From positions 32,001 through 96,000 of IMG/VR virus record IMGVR_UViG_3300022555_000010: a stretch of DNA of 64,000 bases; one strand, given 5' to 3'. The DNA comes from a virus. The notes under the pieces were generated by a model that was given only the letters and a program-made list of their open reading frames with translations, had not been told where the DNA came from and did not search any database. Shown here piece by piece: positions 37,089 to 47,242 of this stretch (position 1 is its first letter; each line of letters begins with the position of its first letter). A program made the translations under genes and the position numbers.

Positions 37089-39243
37089 TGTCTCTGTTTA
37101 AGGACACTATGAAAAACTTAGCACAAAACATCGTGAGTCGGGAAGAGGCTTTGAAGTTGGCCCCTGACTATGTGGCCTTCGTGGAAGGGGATCACGACAA
37201 GTTTGAGGCCGTCGAGAAGAAGTTTTCCAAATTGACTCTCGGCAAGAAGGTTTTGACCTGTTCGGATGGGATCTTTGTTTTCGCCAGGGTATCGAGCATC
37301 AAGAATGACGATCCTCGGGCTATTGATGGTCCGGTGGTTCGTGTGACGAATGGGGAATTCAGTTGGCGGGTTGACGGCAATGATTATGCTTACCCGGTGC
37401 TTGGAAAGGCAATATGAGTTTCAAAGTAGAGATTATCTCAATGGGTTCGGACGGGAAGACAGAAACTGGAAATCCGATCATTCGAGAATATAAGACGGCC
37501 GTGGAAGCGATGAAGGATCTTCACGATGCCATTCAAAGAAAAGAAGGCAGGAAGAGGGTCGTTATTGATAATAGTCAAAGGTATACCATTGTGATGCCAG
37601 ATGGACGGAAACTGTCAATGGTCGAAGCCTATGAGGAGACTTTCAATGAGAGTCCCGTATTGCAGAGAAATGTGTCTGATCTATTCCCGAGACTTTATTC
37701 TAAGAGACAGAAGGCGAAATAATGAGTGTTACCAAAGTCATATGGCAGAATCGTAAGGGTGAACGGATGGAACACAGTATGGGTTTCAAGTGTTCTCTGT
37801 CATATGCTCGGGACTGGTTCCGGCGGAGCATTCAGGAATGTCAGGGAGTATTGAGTCTTGATGAACGCCGGGAATCAAAGTTGAACCTGGTCGGGATTAC
37901 AAACACACAGGAAGATTCAAAATGAAATGGTCACTTTACAAATTGACGGATAAGGGTTGGGCCTTTGTTTACGAAGGAACGAGTGGCGATCAATGCAAGA
38001 CTGTGGCTCGTGAGACGAACAGGTCGGAATTTTCTTCGAGTCTTCGTGGCAAGTTTCTCATTCGGACACCGGTTGGTAACAATTGGATGAAGTCGGTGGA
38101 CACTGGGTCGTGGCGTATGAAGTGGGTCTATGCAGAATCAGGAGAGAATCCTTGAAAAAGCAAGATATGATTGACGTGATTCAGGGGACACCTGAGATGA
38201 TGCCGGTGTTCCGGGTGGTCAAGGTGTCAAAGTCATTGACACGTCTTGGGGTAGAGAAGGGTGATACGTTCTATCGGTATCTTGAAGGATGCTGGGTGCC
38301 TTTAGAGTCAAAATGTAAGTTTAATCCGGAATTATCTTATGGACAGATCGAGTTCGTGGGATATTTTGATCGGAAACCGCAACGACTGAGGGATATGGGG
38401 TTGACACGATGAAAAAGTTGAAATGGAAAGATTGTCGAATTATACCGCCGAAAAATCCCAAGGGTTTATGGTCTGTTTCAAAAACGCTTTTGTTCAAGCA
38501 TAAGAACGGGAGAATCAGTATTGGTTGTGCCACTCTCAAGACAGGCGGTCAAATCAGCAAGTGGTATCCCAGGGACATTTTGGGCAATGATTCGGAGAAT
38601 CATTCGCAGCAGGATGGATGCCGTAACCCCATAGTGAAGTGGGTGAAGTGTCCGAGTATTTCAGTGATTGGCAAAGAGTTGGAGAAGGCAGGATTATTGT
38701 AGGAGACTTATGAATAAGAAAATCGAGATTACTTACTGGTGGAAGTGTGAGAATTTTCCGAATGGGATTCCGAAGGGACTGGAAGACCCACTTGAGCAGG
38801 CCGCAGAAGAACGAATCAAGGAAATGCAGGAAGCGGGATATGTCTCGGGGGATATGAACGCTTATGTATTCCAGGAGGGGTTTGAAGGTAAGGCGATCCC
38901 CAAGAGTTGCATACCGTCTTCAGGATTTCATTGCCGGGGCTGGTTTGACATTGTGAAGACGGACGTGGAACCGAAGGCGACGGTGGTTGAACCGAAAAAG
39001 GTGAATGTCGATGAACTTATCATTATGGAACACCTTGAGTATTTCAAGCAGGGACTGATCAGGAATGGTGCTCCCAGCACGATAGGCAGTCGTCAGGTCG
39101 AGGCGTCTTGTGGGTTCATGGATTCGTTCCGGGCATTTCGGAGTGCATTCAAAAAGGGTATGAATCTCCGGGAACTATCAAGCAGGGACTGATCACGAAA
39201 TAGTTTCATCAAAAACTTTGTGTGGAGTGGTGTATAATAAGAG

Positions 39244-39759
39244 ATGGAGGGTTCCGATATGGATTTATATCTTGGTGATGAAGTAACGTGGCAGGCTAAA
39301 GGTAGTGATTATGTTCGCACCCGGAGAGGGAAAGTCGTGGCGATTATCCCGGCAGGACATCCGGCAGTAATCCCGGAAGGCTACAAGATGGCCCCTGGGA
39401 GCTTCGGTGGTGGCAACTCTCGCGACCACGAGTCTTATGTCGTTGCTGTGGATGTGGATGCATTCTGGCCGAAGGTGAGCGATATTAAGAAGGTAAACAA
39501 GACATTGGAGCTTGCCAATGCTCTTTCAAAATTTGTCAATGGGATGGACAACAAGGTCGAAGATGTCGTGGATATCCTGGCAGGGGAGCATCGGACGCTT
39601 CAACAGGGGATCACCCGGTTCTGCGTGGCTTGGTTGGCAGAATGCGATAAGATGCAGAAAGCCGGGCATTACGACTTGAGGAATCAGGCCAGTGTTGAAC
39701 TAGGAATGAAGTTTATGGCGAGGATGACTCCCCAGGAACGGGCGATGCCGATTATTTAA
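39244..39759 (+). CDS. hypothetical phage protein
   Basis: ORF after TATAAT; RDHESY and EHRTLQQ segments. Confidence 0.65.
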   Translation: MEGSDMDLYLGDEVTWQAKGSDYVRTRRGKVVAIIPAGHPAVIPEGYKMAPGSFGGGNSRDHESYVVAVDVDAFWPKVSDIKKVNKTLELANALSKFVNGMDNKVEDVVDILAGEHRTLQQGITRFCVAWLAECDKMQKAGHYDLRNQASVELGMKFMARMTPQERAMPII

Positions 39760-39760
39760 T

Positions 39761-39790
39761 TTCCGTATCCGAGATGACTTCCCGCAATGT
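39761..39790 (+). promoter_or_regulatory. phage promoter-like motif
   Basis: TTCCGTAT-N15-GCAATGT. Confidence 0.8.
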
Positions 39791-40576
39791 GGTAGGGAAG
39801 GACAAAAGATGAAACATATTGGAAATTGGTGTTCATGGTGTTGCACATGGGTTGATGAGAAGGATGTCATTAACAGGAATGGAGACCTGATTCATCGGCA
39901 ATGTGGTTACGCTGTCTCAAAACGAGAAAGTACCAAGCATGTTCAACCAAGTTCTCCGACTCCCGAGGTTTTAAAAGCACAAAAGGAACATCGGAGGATG
40001 TTGAAGGATTTTATAAAGGAAGCACAATGAGTGAACAAAAGAATAAAAAATTTACAATGCCTCCAGTCGAGTTCAGCAACGCGATTAACATCATTCACCC
40101 GGAATGGAATGACAATTTGAATGGGCCATCGAGTTGGATTGGTTGGGAAGATTCTAAGGCGTGGAAACTTTTCAATGCAGGTCGGGCTGCTGCGGCTCGT
40201 GGTGCCGAGAGGGACCTGAAACAGTTTGCAGAACTTTGTGAGAAAGTGGTGCGACAATGAAGACGATTTCCCCCGTTGATGAAACTTGCACATTCTGGCC
40301 AAAGGGGCAATGTCAGCGTCCTTTAAATGAACGTGATTCCTGTTGGAAGTGTGCCGAAGAAGCCGCCAGGAATTGTTCACTTGAAGTGGAACCAAGGAAT
40401 CCATTGGGATGTGGTCGGATACTGGCCTGGAACAGAATTTTATTGAGTTTTGACAGATTGGAGAATGTTCATTCTCTGGACCCTAATATTTATCCCGTGT
40501 GGTATCGACCGGGTAAGAGTAAGAAATACAAGGTTCCACCGGCGAATACGGTGTATGAACAACCTGTGAACTGACA

Positions 40577-40999
40577 ATGGCAACAACGCTTGATAAACCC
40601 TTGATTCGTGAGACGGGACTGATTAATAATGGTCGTCCTGTCTTCGTCATGTTGATGCCGTCTGAGATAGGTGGCTCAATCATTTTCAGGGAGAAGGGTA
40701 AGAAGGGCAAGGGGATTGAGATTACCTTGCAGAAAGTCCTGGAGTCATTGACTGGGGGAGAGAAGAAGCCGGAAGAGTCGAGAATGGTTCAGAAGGTATA
40801 TGAGCCAACTCCGGAAGGTGTGGACTTGGTGAACCTGGGGACTCTGGAGACTCGGTTGATGGTGGATGGTGAGAAGGTGATGACCCCGGATGTCAAAGGT
40901 CGGGTGTTTCAGATCATCAGGGAGATTCGAGAGGAACGCAGGGAAGAAGTTGGGGCGGCACCGTTAATCACCGGAAGAATTCAGAAGGGAAAGTTATGA
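40577..40999 (+). CDS. hypothetical protein, paralog of 23903
   Basis: MATTLDKPLIRE...IIFREKGK. Confidence 0.6.
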   Translation: MATTLDKPLIRETGLINNGRPVFVMLMPSEIGGSIIFREKGKKGKGIEITLQKVLESLTGGEKKPEESRMVQKVYEPTPEGVDLVNLGTLETRLMVDGEKVMTPDVKGRVFQIIREIREERREEVGAAPLITGRIQKGKL

Positions 41000-41296
41000 C
41001 AAATTTGAGTAAGGGTGATTGGAGATATTCAAAGGAATACCATGAGGTTACAACCTCTCGGGTTGGGATCATCGAAGGAAGCAAGGAGATTTGCAGTTTA
41101 GCCACTTTCGACAAGTCGAAGGAAGAAGTGGAGGCGAATGGTCTGGCGATTGCGGCTGTCCCGGATATGGTCGCCTTTCTGGAGAATGTTACATTTCTTG
41201 ATGACCTGGATGACGGGGCTGATGCCGATGAGAAATTGGCGGCATTGAGATCTAAGGCTTCGAATATTTTGAACAAGATCTCGGGAAAGGGATGGC

Positions 41297-41776
41297 ATGA
41301 AGAGGAACAAGGTAATCTTGGTTCGGGGAATTTCAGGATCTGGTAAGTCTACGCAGGTTTTTGCTTTGAGGAAGAAATATGAGATGAACACGGGGACTGG
41401 GCCAGACTTCGTGACCTGTAGTGCCGATTACTTCTTCATGGACAGAGGGATTTACAATTTCGATCCGATTCGCCTTGGACAGGCTCATTCGTGGTGTCTG
41501 TCGAGTTATGTGGATGCCATCATGAAACGGACAAGTGTGATCGTGGTGGACAATACTTTCATTCATCACTGGGAGATGAAGAACTACCTTGAGGCGGCAC
41601 GGTTGGCAGGACATTACGATGTTGAGGTTCAAGAGATTCAGGTGAAGACGGTTGAGCAGTTAAAGACCTGTGTTCGCCGGAATACTCACAAGGTTCCTGG
41701 GGAAATCATTTTCCGGATGGCAATGGAATTTGATCCGTGGCCTGGGGCGACAATTATCCCATTCGGAGGCAAGTAA
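41297..41776 (+). CDS. P-loop kinase (AAA_33 / N4BP2-like)
   Basis: RGISGSGKST, CSADYFF, VVDNTF, RNTHKVP. Confidence 0.85.
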   Translation: MKRNKVILVRGISGSGKSTQVFALRKKYEMNTGTGPDFVTCSADYFFMDRGIYNFDPIRLGQAHSWCLSSYVDAIMKRTSVIVVDNTFIHHWEMKNYLEAARLAGHYDVEVQEIQVKTVEQLKTCVRRNTHKVPGEIIFRMAMEFDPWPGATIIPFGGK

Positions 41777-42028
41777 TGATTGTCGCTGTTCTTGAGCATT
41801 CGCATAGGCACGGGACAGATGTCAAAGTGGCCTTGGTTGATTCCAGGGCTTCGATGGACAATGAGGAAGCCATTAAGAAGGCGATGGTCAAAACTTACGG
41901 GATTGATTTCGAGAAAGATCGGGATGAAACCCTGGAGTTGAGATTGTATGGCCGGGAGGAGATCAAGACGATTAAGATTGATCTTCCGGCAGAGATCCCT
42001 GAGAAGAATTTGAGAAAATAAATATTCC

Positions 42029-42058
42029 TTCCGTATTCTGGGCAAGTTATGGCAATGT
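42029..42058 (+). promoter_or_regulatory. phage promoter-like motif
   Basis: TTCCGTAT-N15-GCAATGT. Confidence 0.85.
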
Positions 42059-42110
42059 GTAGGTATAAGAGGCATTTGGGCAAGTTAAACAAACAACTGG
42101 AGATATAGGC

Positions 42111-43229
42111 ATGACAACGAAAGAGATGGGATTTGGGGTTAATGTGTGGTGGACGCTTCCGGAAACATCGATTGATGGCATCCGAGCACAAACGCTTCTA
42201 CAGAAGCACGGCTTTGAAGCATCGGATATGAAACTCCCTTCCAAGATTGAGGAAGTTTCTCGGGCAGTTCAATCTTTCCACGACCGTCGGAGCAAAAACA
42301 ACCGCCGCATCGTCGAAAAGGTTCTGGACACCCCGGATGAAGTGATTTACGGGATTCTGGATCGAACCCAGTCAGGCGAGAAAGTCGCCTTCTCTCAAAA
42401 GACCACGGTCCGTATGGACAAGAATACGGGTTCAGTCACGGTCGAAGGAACCTTACAGGACGAAGTCTACAAAGTCCTTCCCGAGTTCAAGGGCAAAATC
42501 ACGGACCAGGATGTCCGGGGTTTTCTTCGTGATGTAATCAAGATGTGTTTCGGGGTGGCCAAGCGTCCTTCCGGTGGCATCTATTTCGTTCCCGCGAAGT
42601 TCGCCGGGATCGTCGAACAGGCTCAGGCTCTCCTGTCAGAAATCAACGGGGGTGCGAGAATCTATGTGGAACGCATTATGGACGGAACCCACGAACGTCA
42701 GAACGTGTGGGAATCTGTCGAGGCCGATGTGGAAAGTCGTCTGGCAGAAGCAGTTGCGGCTATCGGACAGATCGAACGTCGGGCATCTGCGGTCATGGGA
42801 CAACGGGACAAGATCACTGAGGCGGCTAATCTGATGAAGGTGTATCAGGCACTTCTCGGGGAAGAAGCCAAGTATGAGTCTCTGGCTGAGAAGATTGAGG
42901 AAGCGGTCAAGGTGGTTACGGACAAGATGAACGAGATCCAACCTGGGGTGCCGAACACTACCACGGCCAAAAAGGCCGGGAAGGCACCTGTGGCGGGCAA
43001 GGCGAGGGCCGGGGGAACGGTCGTGGCGGCTGTGTTGCAGGTTCTCGTAAACACCGGGAAGGCCATGACCTCGAAGGAGATTATGGATGAGGCGGTGAAA
43101 CTCGGTCTGTATTCGTCTGATTGTGCGGCTCCGTATGAGGCCTTTGTTTCCAGTTTCACGAAGGCGATGGCCAAGGGTGAGAAGAGGATCAAACGGATAG
43201 GTCGGGGGATTTATCAGATCGCGGCTTAA
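42111..43229 (+). CDS. phage protein (DUF3150/DUF6744-like) with C-terminal HARE-HTH-like domain
   Basis: RPSGGIYFVP; C-terminal AVLQVL..GKAMTSKEI..A...GLY...GRGIYQI. Confidence 0.55.
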   Translation: MTTKEMGFGVNVWWTLPETSIDGIRAQTLLQKHGFEASDMKLPSKIEEVSRAVQSFHDRRSKNNRRIVEKVLDTPDEVIYGILDRTQSGEKVAFSQKTTVRMDKNTGSVTVEGTLQDEVYKVLPEFKGKITDQDVRGFLRDVIKMCFGVAKRPSGGIYFVPAKFAGIVEQAQALLSEINGGARIYVERIMDGTHERQNVWESVEADVESRLAEAVAAIGQIERRASAVMGQRDKITEAANLMKVYQALLGEEAKYESLAEKIEEAVKVVTDKMNEIQPGVPNTTTAKKAGKAPVAGKARAGGTVVAAVLQVLVNTGKAMTSKEIMDEAVKLGLYSSDCAAPYEAFVSSFTKAMAKGEKRIKRIGRGIYQIAA

Positions 43230-43259
43230 GAAGATGGGTTGAAAATAACCGGCATCAGA

Positions 43260-43289
43260 TTCCGTATTCTGGTGTCGGTTTCGCAATGT
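43260..43289 (+). promoter_or_regulatory. phage promoter-like motif
   Basis: TTCCGTAT-N15-GCAATGT upstream of the ligase. Confidence 0.85.
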
Positions 43290-43319
43290 ATAGGTGTCGG
43301 AATCGTAACAGGAGAAACA

Positions 43320-45281
43320 ATGAACGAAAAAGAGATAGCAATTAAAATACTGGAACTGGCAGAACAGGTTCAATATCATTCGGATCTTTATTACAACAAG
43401 GCCAAGCCGGAACTCACTGACGCGGAATATGACGCGATGGTCGAAGAACTGAAGGCGGCGGTGGCTGAACTTGAAAAGAAAGATCCTTCCGCTCCTGAAA
43501 TCTCTCAGGGCAAAATCGTTTTGAGTAATGTCGGGTCTGTCCCGTCATACGGTGAAAAGGTCACTCATGCCTCAATCATGGGTTCCTTGGACAAGGACAC
43601 GAAGGTTTCCGGGATTGTGGCGTGGTATAACAAGTATGCTCCCAAGGGAGGATGCAAGTTGGTCGTGACTCCGAAGATTGACGGGTGTGCCAGTCGCATC
43701 AACTATGAAGACGGCAAACTTGTGAAGGCGGCAACTCGTGGGGATGGTTCGGTCGGAATGAATGTGACTGACAATATCCTGGCGACAAAGAGTATCCCGA
43801 AGTTCATCGGGGCAGGGAAGACCATCGAAGTTCGTCCAGAAGTATATATGCCTCGTTCAGTTTTCAATCGTCTCAAGGCGGCAGGGGCCAAGGGGGAAAA
43901 TCCCCGGAACCTTGGAACAGGCAGTTTGATGGCTCAAGATCCGAAGGAAACCGCAAGCCGGGACCTTTCGATTCTTGCCTATGATGTTCAGGGCGGACCT
44001 CAATTCAAGACGGAGACGGCGAAGCGGACTTGGATGGAAGCCAATCTTCCGGGTATCCCGTTGGTGGATATGCAGGTGATCGATGTCAGCGAGTTCGAGG
44101 CCGTGGCTCTGGAATGGGAAGCCAAGCGTCCAACACTGGATTACGAGATTGATGGTCTGGTGATTGCTCTGGACTCGATTGAAGCTCAGGAAGAAGCCGG
44201 TTGGAATGGTAAACGTCCCAATGGCAAGATCGCCTTTAAGTTCCCTCCAGAACAGAAGACGGCGAAGATCCTGGGGATTGACTGGCAGGTCGGTCGGACA
44301 GGTCGGTTGACACCGATGGCTCGTATTGAGCCGACACGGTTGGCCGGCAGCACTATTCGGAATATCACTCTTCACAATGCGGCGAATGTCGTGGCAATGG
44401 ATGTCGGAGTGGGTGACGAGGTCTTGATTGAGAAGGCCGGGGATATCATCCCGCAGGTCGTCCGGGTCGTGGATCGTCCGGCAAATCGAGATGCCAATGT
44501 GTTCGTGACGGAATGTCCTTCCTGTGGTGGTCCGGTATTCGCGGACGATCAGAAGGTCAATCTGTGGTGTGAGAGCACCAATTGTCCCGCACAGTTGGAA
44601 CGCCGAATCCTTCACTGGATCAAGACTTTGGACATTTTGGGAGTCGGGCCTGGAATCATTCGTGAGCTCTGTCAGCAGGGTTTCGTGAAGGATGTTCCGG
44701 ATCTGTATTTCCTGACGGAAGAACAGTTGGTGTCGGCTACGGGTGGTAAGTCGAGTGCTCAGAAGGTGCAGACGGTAATTCTGGAGAAGTCCGAGATTCC
44801 TCTGGCAGTCTTCCTGGATGCTCTGGGAATTGACGGCCTGGGGACGACTTCATCGAAGGAAGTTGCCAAGGCATTCAAGACTTTGGGCGGGGTACTTCAC
44901 GCGACGATGGACGAGTTAGATGCTCTGCCGGATATCGGGGCTACGACTGCCAATAACATTGTGGAAGGTCTGAAGGCTTTGACTCCGATGATTGATCGGT
45001 TGGTTCAGACTCTTGATGTTCAGGAAATCGTGGAGAAGACGGGGCCTTTGACCGGGATGAGTTTCGTTCTGACGGGTGCGATGAGCAAACCCCGGAAAGA
45101 AATCGAGCACAACATTGAGATGGCCGGTGGCGAGAACAAGGGTAGTGTCGGCAAGGGTGTGACATACTTGGTTCAGGCTGATGCCAATAGCACCTCCTCG
45201 AAGACGGAGAAGGCGAAGAAGGTCGGGACACTGGTAATCAGTGAGGACAAACTGTGGGAGATGATTGGAGGACAGGTATGA
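43320..45281 (+). CDS. ligA: NAD-dependent DNA ligase
   Basis: YY..DAEYD, SLDK, KIDG, ATRGDG, IDGLV, AFKF, WQVGRTG, TLHN, KAGDIIP, C4 Zn finger, HhH, BRCT; SD AGGAG before ATG 43320. Confidence 0.97.
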   Translation: MNEKEIAIKILELAEQVQYHSDLYYNKAKPELTDAEYDAMVEELKAAVAELEKKDPSAPEISQGKIVLSNVGSVPSYGEKVTHASIMGSLDKDTKVSGIVAWYNKYAPKGGCKLVVTPKIDGCASRINYEDGKLVKAATRGDGSVGMNVTDNILATKSIPKFIGAGKTIEVRPEVYMPRSVFNRLKAAGAKGENPRNLGTGSLMAQDPKETASRDLSILAYDVQGGPQFKTETAKRTWMEANLPGIPLVDMQVIDVSEFEAVALEWEAKRPTLDYEIDGLVIALDSIEAQEEAGWNGKRPNGKIAFKFPPEQKTAKILGIDWQVGRTGRLTPMARIEPTRLAGSTIRNITLHNAANVVAMDVGVGDEVLIEKAGDIIPQVVRVVDRPANRDANVFVTECPSCGGPVFADDQKVNLWCESTNCPAQLERRILHWIKTLDILGVGPGIIRELCQQGFVKDVPDLYFLTEEQLVSATGGKSSAQKVQTVILEKSEIPLAVFLDALGIDGLGTTSSKEVAKAFKTLGGVLHATMDELDALPDIGATTANNIVEGLKALTPMIDRLVQTLDVQEIVEKTGPLTGMSFVLTGAMSKPRKEIEHNIEMAGGENKGSVGKGVTYLVQADANSTSSKTEKAKKVGTLVISEDKLWEMIGGQV

Positions 45282-45548
45282 GTTTGCATAAGTATTTGGT
45301 CAAGGCCTCGATGGATCTTTCCGTTGATCTCCAAAAATCATTGTGTTATGGTAATTTGAAGGAGTTTCAAGATGGGTTCCGTCTGCCCGATTATGTCCGT
45401 GGGGTCATTCAAGAGGCTTACGCAGTTGGGAAGGAAGATGGTAAGACCCAGGAGAAGCGTCGGCTGCGAAAACGGGCTGACAAGGCATTCTACGGTGTCT
45501 CAGGTAGTGCGAAGTCACAGGCTATCGAGAACATCTTCGGTTAATCAT

Positions 45549-45675
45549 GGGGCTGTAGCTCAAATGGCAGAGCGGTTAATCACCAGGGGTTCCCGCTACC
45601 ACAGGCAGGGGTTATTTTCCCCCTAGCAGTGGGTGAGGGAATCTCAATATGCGGGTTCGAGGCCCGCCGGCTCCA
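45549..45675 (+). ncRNA. tRNA-Ala-like RNA with anticodon arm replaced by a long hairpin
   Basis: acceptor GGGGCTG/CGGCTCC-A with G3.U70; D-arm GCTC..GAGC; T-arm GCGGG-TTCGAGG-CCCGC; 127 nt. Confidence 0.75.
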
Positions 45676-46985
45676 ACAGGATTTGAAATATGAGAACAGA
45701 TACAAAAATAGGTTCAGAGCATCTCGGCAAGTTTATGGTAATGAACGCCGGGGGACTCAGGTCGCTCCCGGTAAGGATCACGGCTGTCGGGAACGGGATG
45801 GTCGAGTGGGATGTCCTGGAGAAGGATATCCCATTGAGGAGTGGAAAGAGTCTGTATAAGGGTGAGACGGTCACGATTTATGACAGCCCGAAAGAAGCAT
45901 TGAATTGGGAGAATAAGGACTTATGAGTAATTTAAATATTTTGGTTCTGGGAAAGAAGGGTCACGCGAGGAGCATTGCGGCAACGATTTGTTATGTGGCA
46001 CTTCATAATGCCGGTTTCATTGTGGCCAAGCCTGAAGATAAGGATTGGTTGATGCCTGGGCCATTTACCAAGAGGCTTCAGAGGTTGAAGAGGGAAAAGA
46101 AGACGAGTGCTACAGTCATACTGGGGGAGGACAAGGTAAGTGTCTCCAAGGGCAGACTGACCCCGGCGGAACGTGCCAAGGGACGGAGTGAGAGATATCA
46201 CGAGATGTCTCCAAGGGATCAATGGGAAGAGGACAAGAGTTTAGGCCTCCTGGATTGGGACGGGAAGTAACGATGGACACAAGACTTGAAGAAGAGGATT
46301 TGTATCATTGCCATAAGGTGATGACATCAGATATTGGAGAATGCAATGTTTTTCTCGGAATGAATCCGGATGAGGAAACGAGACAGAGGTATCTGAAGCG
46401 GATAAAGGACGATGAACGGGTTATTCGAAGGATCGAGAGAACCCTGGGATTGACATTGACCTGGAGTTGAGATGAAGTTGCATAAGAATTCCAAGTTGTA
46501 TCAGAAACTTTTTCCACCGATGAAGGAGATGGAAGATTGTGAGCCGGAGTTGCTTGGACCGACAGGTCAACTTGGTCCAGAGATGCCATTCAAAAAGCAA
46601 GACAAGCCACCCTTGGGACTAACTCCAAGGTATCTTGCCGAAGAGAAACGTCTACGGGAAGTCAATGAGGCGATTGATCGATATCTGAAAGCCAAATTGA
46701 ATGTCCCGATGGATTGGTTGAATGAGCAGAATTATTTGGAGACTCAGGCGAGGAAGCATCACAAGAAGGTGACTGGAATAAGTTTTATGGTTAAGGGCAG
46801 AACGGTCACGAGTGATGTTTCGGTCGGGAATGGACAGAATACCCGGAGATTAATCCTCCGACCTTCAAAGGGTTGAAGGACTGGATGGATATCAAGGTAA
46901 ATGGGCAGGATTCCTCGAAACTGGATGAGCATGGGGGATTTGATCCTCATTTGGTGAATTACGGAAAGGGTATCAGTTTTGGGTT

Positions 46986-47198
46986 ATGACTGAGGCTGAG
47001 TATTTGGTATCTAAGCCGGTCAAGGCAGGGGCGAAGAAGGAGACACAGAAGGTTGTTTGTGTGGATGATGTAGGGGACTGTGGGTTGACGAGTGGTAGGG
47101 AGTATGAGGTTGAGTGGCAGAAGGGTGGGATGGTGACGGTGACGAATGACAGGGGAGAGGTTCAAGAATACTTCCTGGAAAGATTTCGGTTTGTCTGA
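46986..47198 (+). CDS. single small beta (SH3-like) module protein
   Basis: VVCVDD..GLTSGREYEV..VTNDRG..YFLERF. Confidence 0.65.
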   Translation: MTEAEYLVSKPVKAGAKKETQKVVCVDDVGDCGLTSGREYEVEWQKGGMVTVTNDRGEVQEYFLERFRFV

Positions 47199-47206
47199 AG
47201 AATACT

Positions 47207-47236
47207 TTCCGTATTTAGACGACAATTCTGCAATGT
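47207..47236 (+). promoter_or_regulatory. phage promoter-like motif, leaderless (ATG 47243)
   Basis: TTCCGTAT-N15-GCAATGT-N6-ATG. Confidence 0.85.
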
Positions 47237-47242
47237 ATCGAT

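Noticed and set aside
45549-45675. Canonical tmRNA or ordinary tRNA
   Set aside because: Too short for a tag reading frame and pseudoknots, has a D-stem, and no 5-bp anticodon stem with 7-nt loop can be formed
46959-46966. Minus-strand copy of the phage promoter (TTCCGTAA)
   Set aside because: No GCAATGT at the 15-nt spacing
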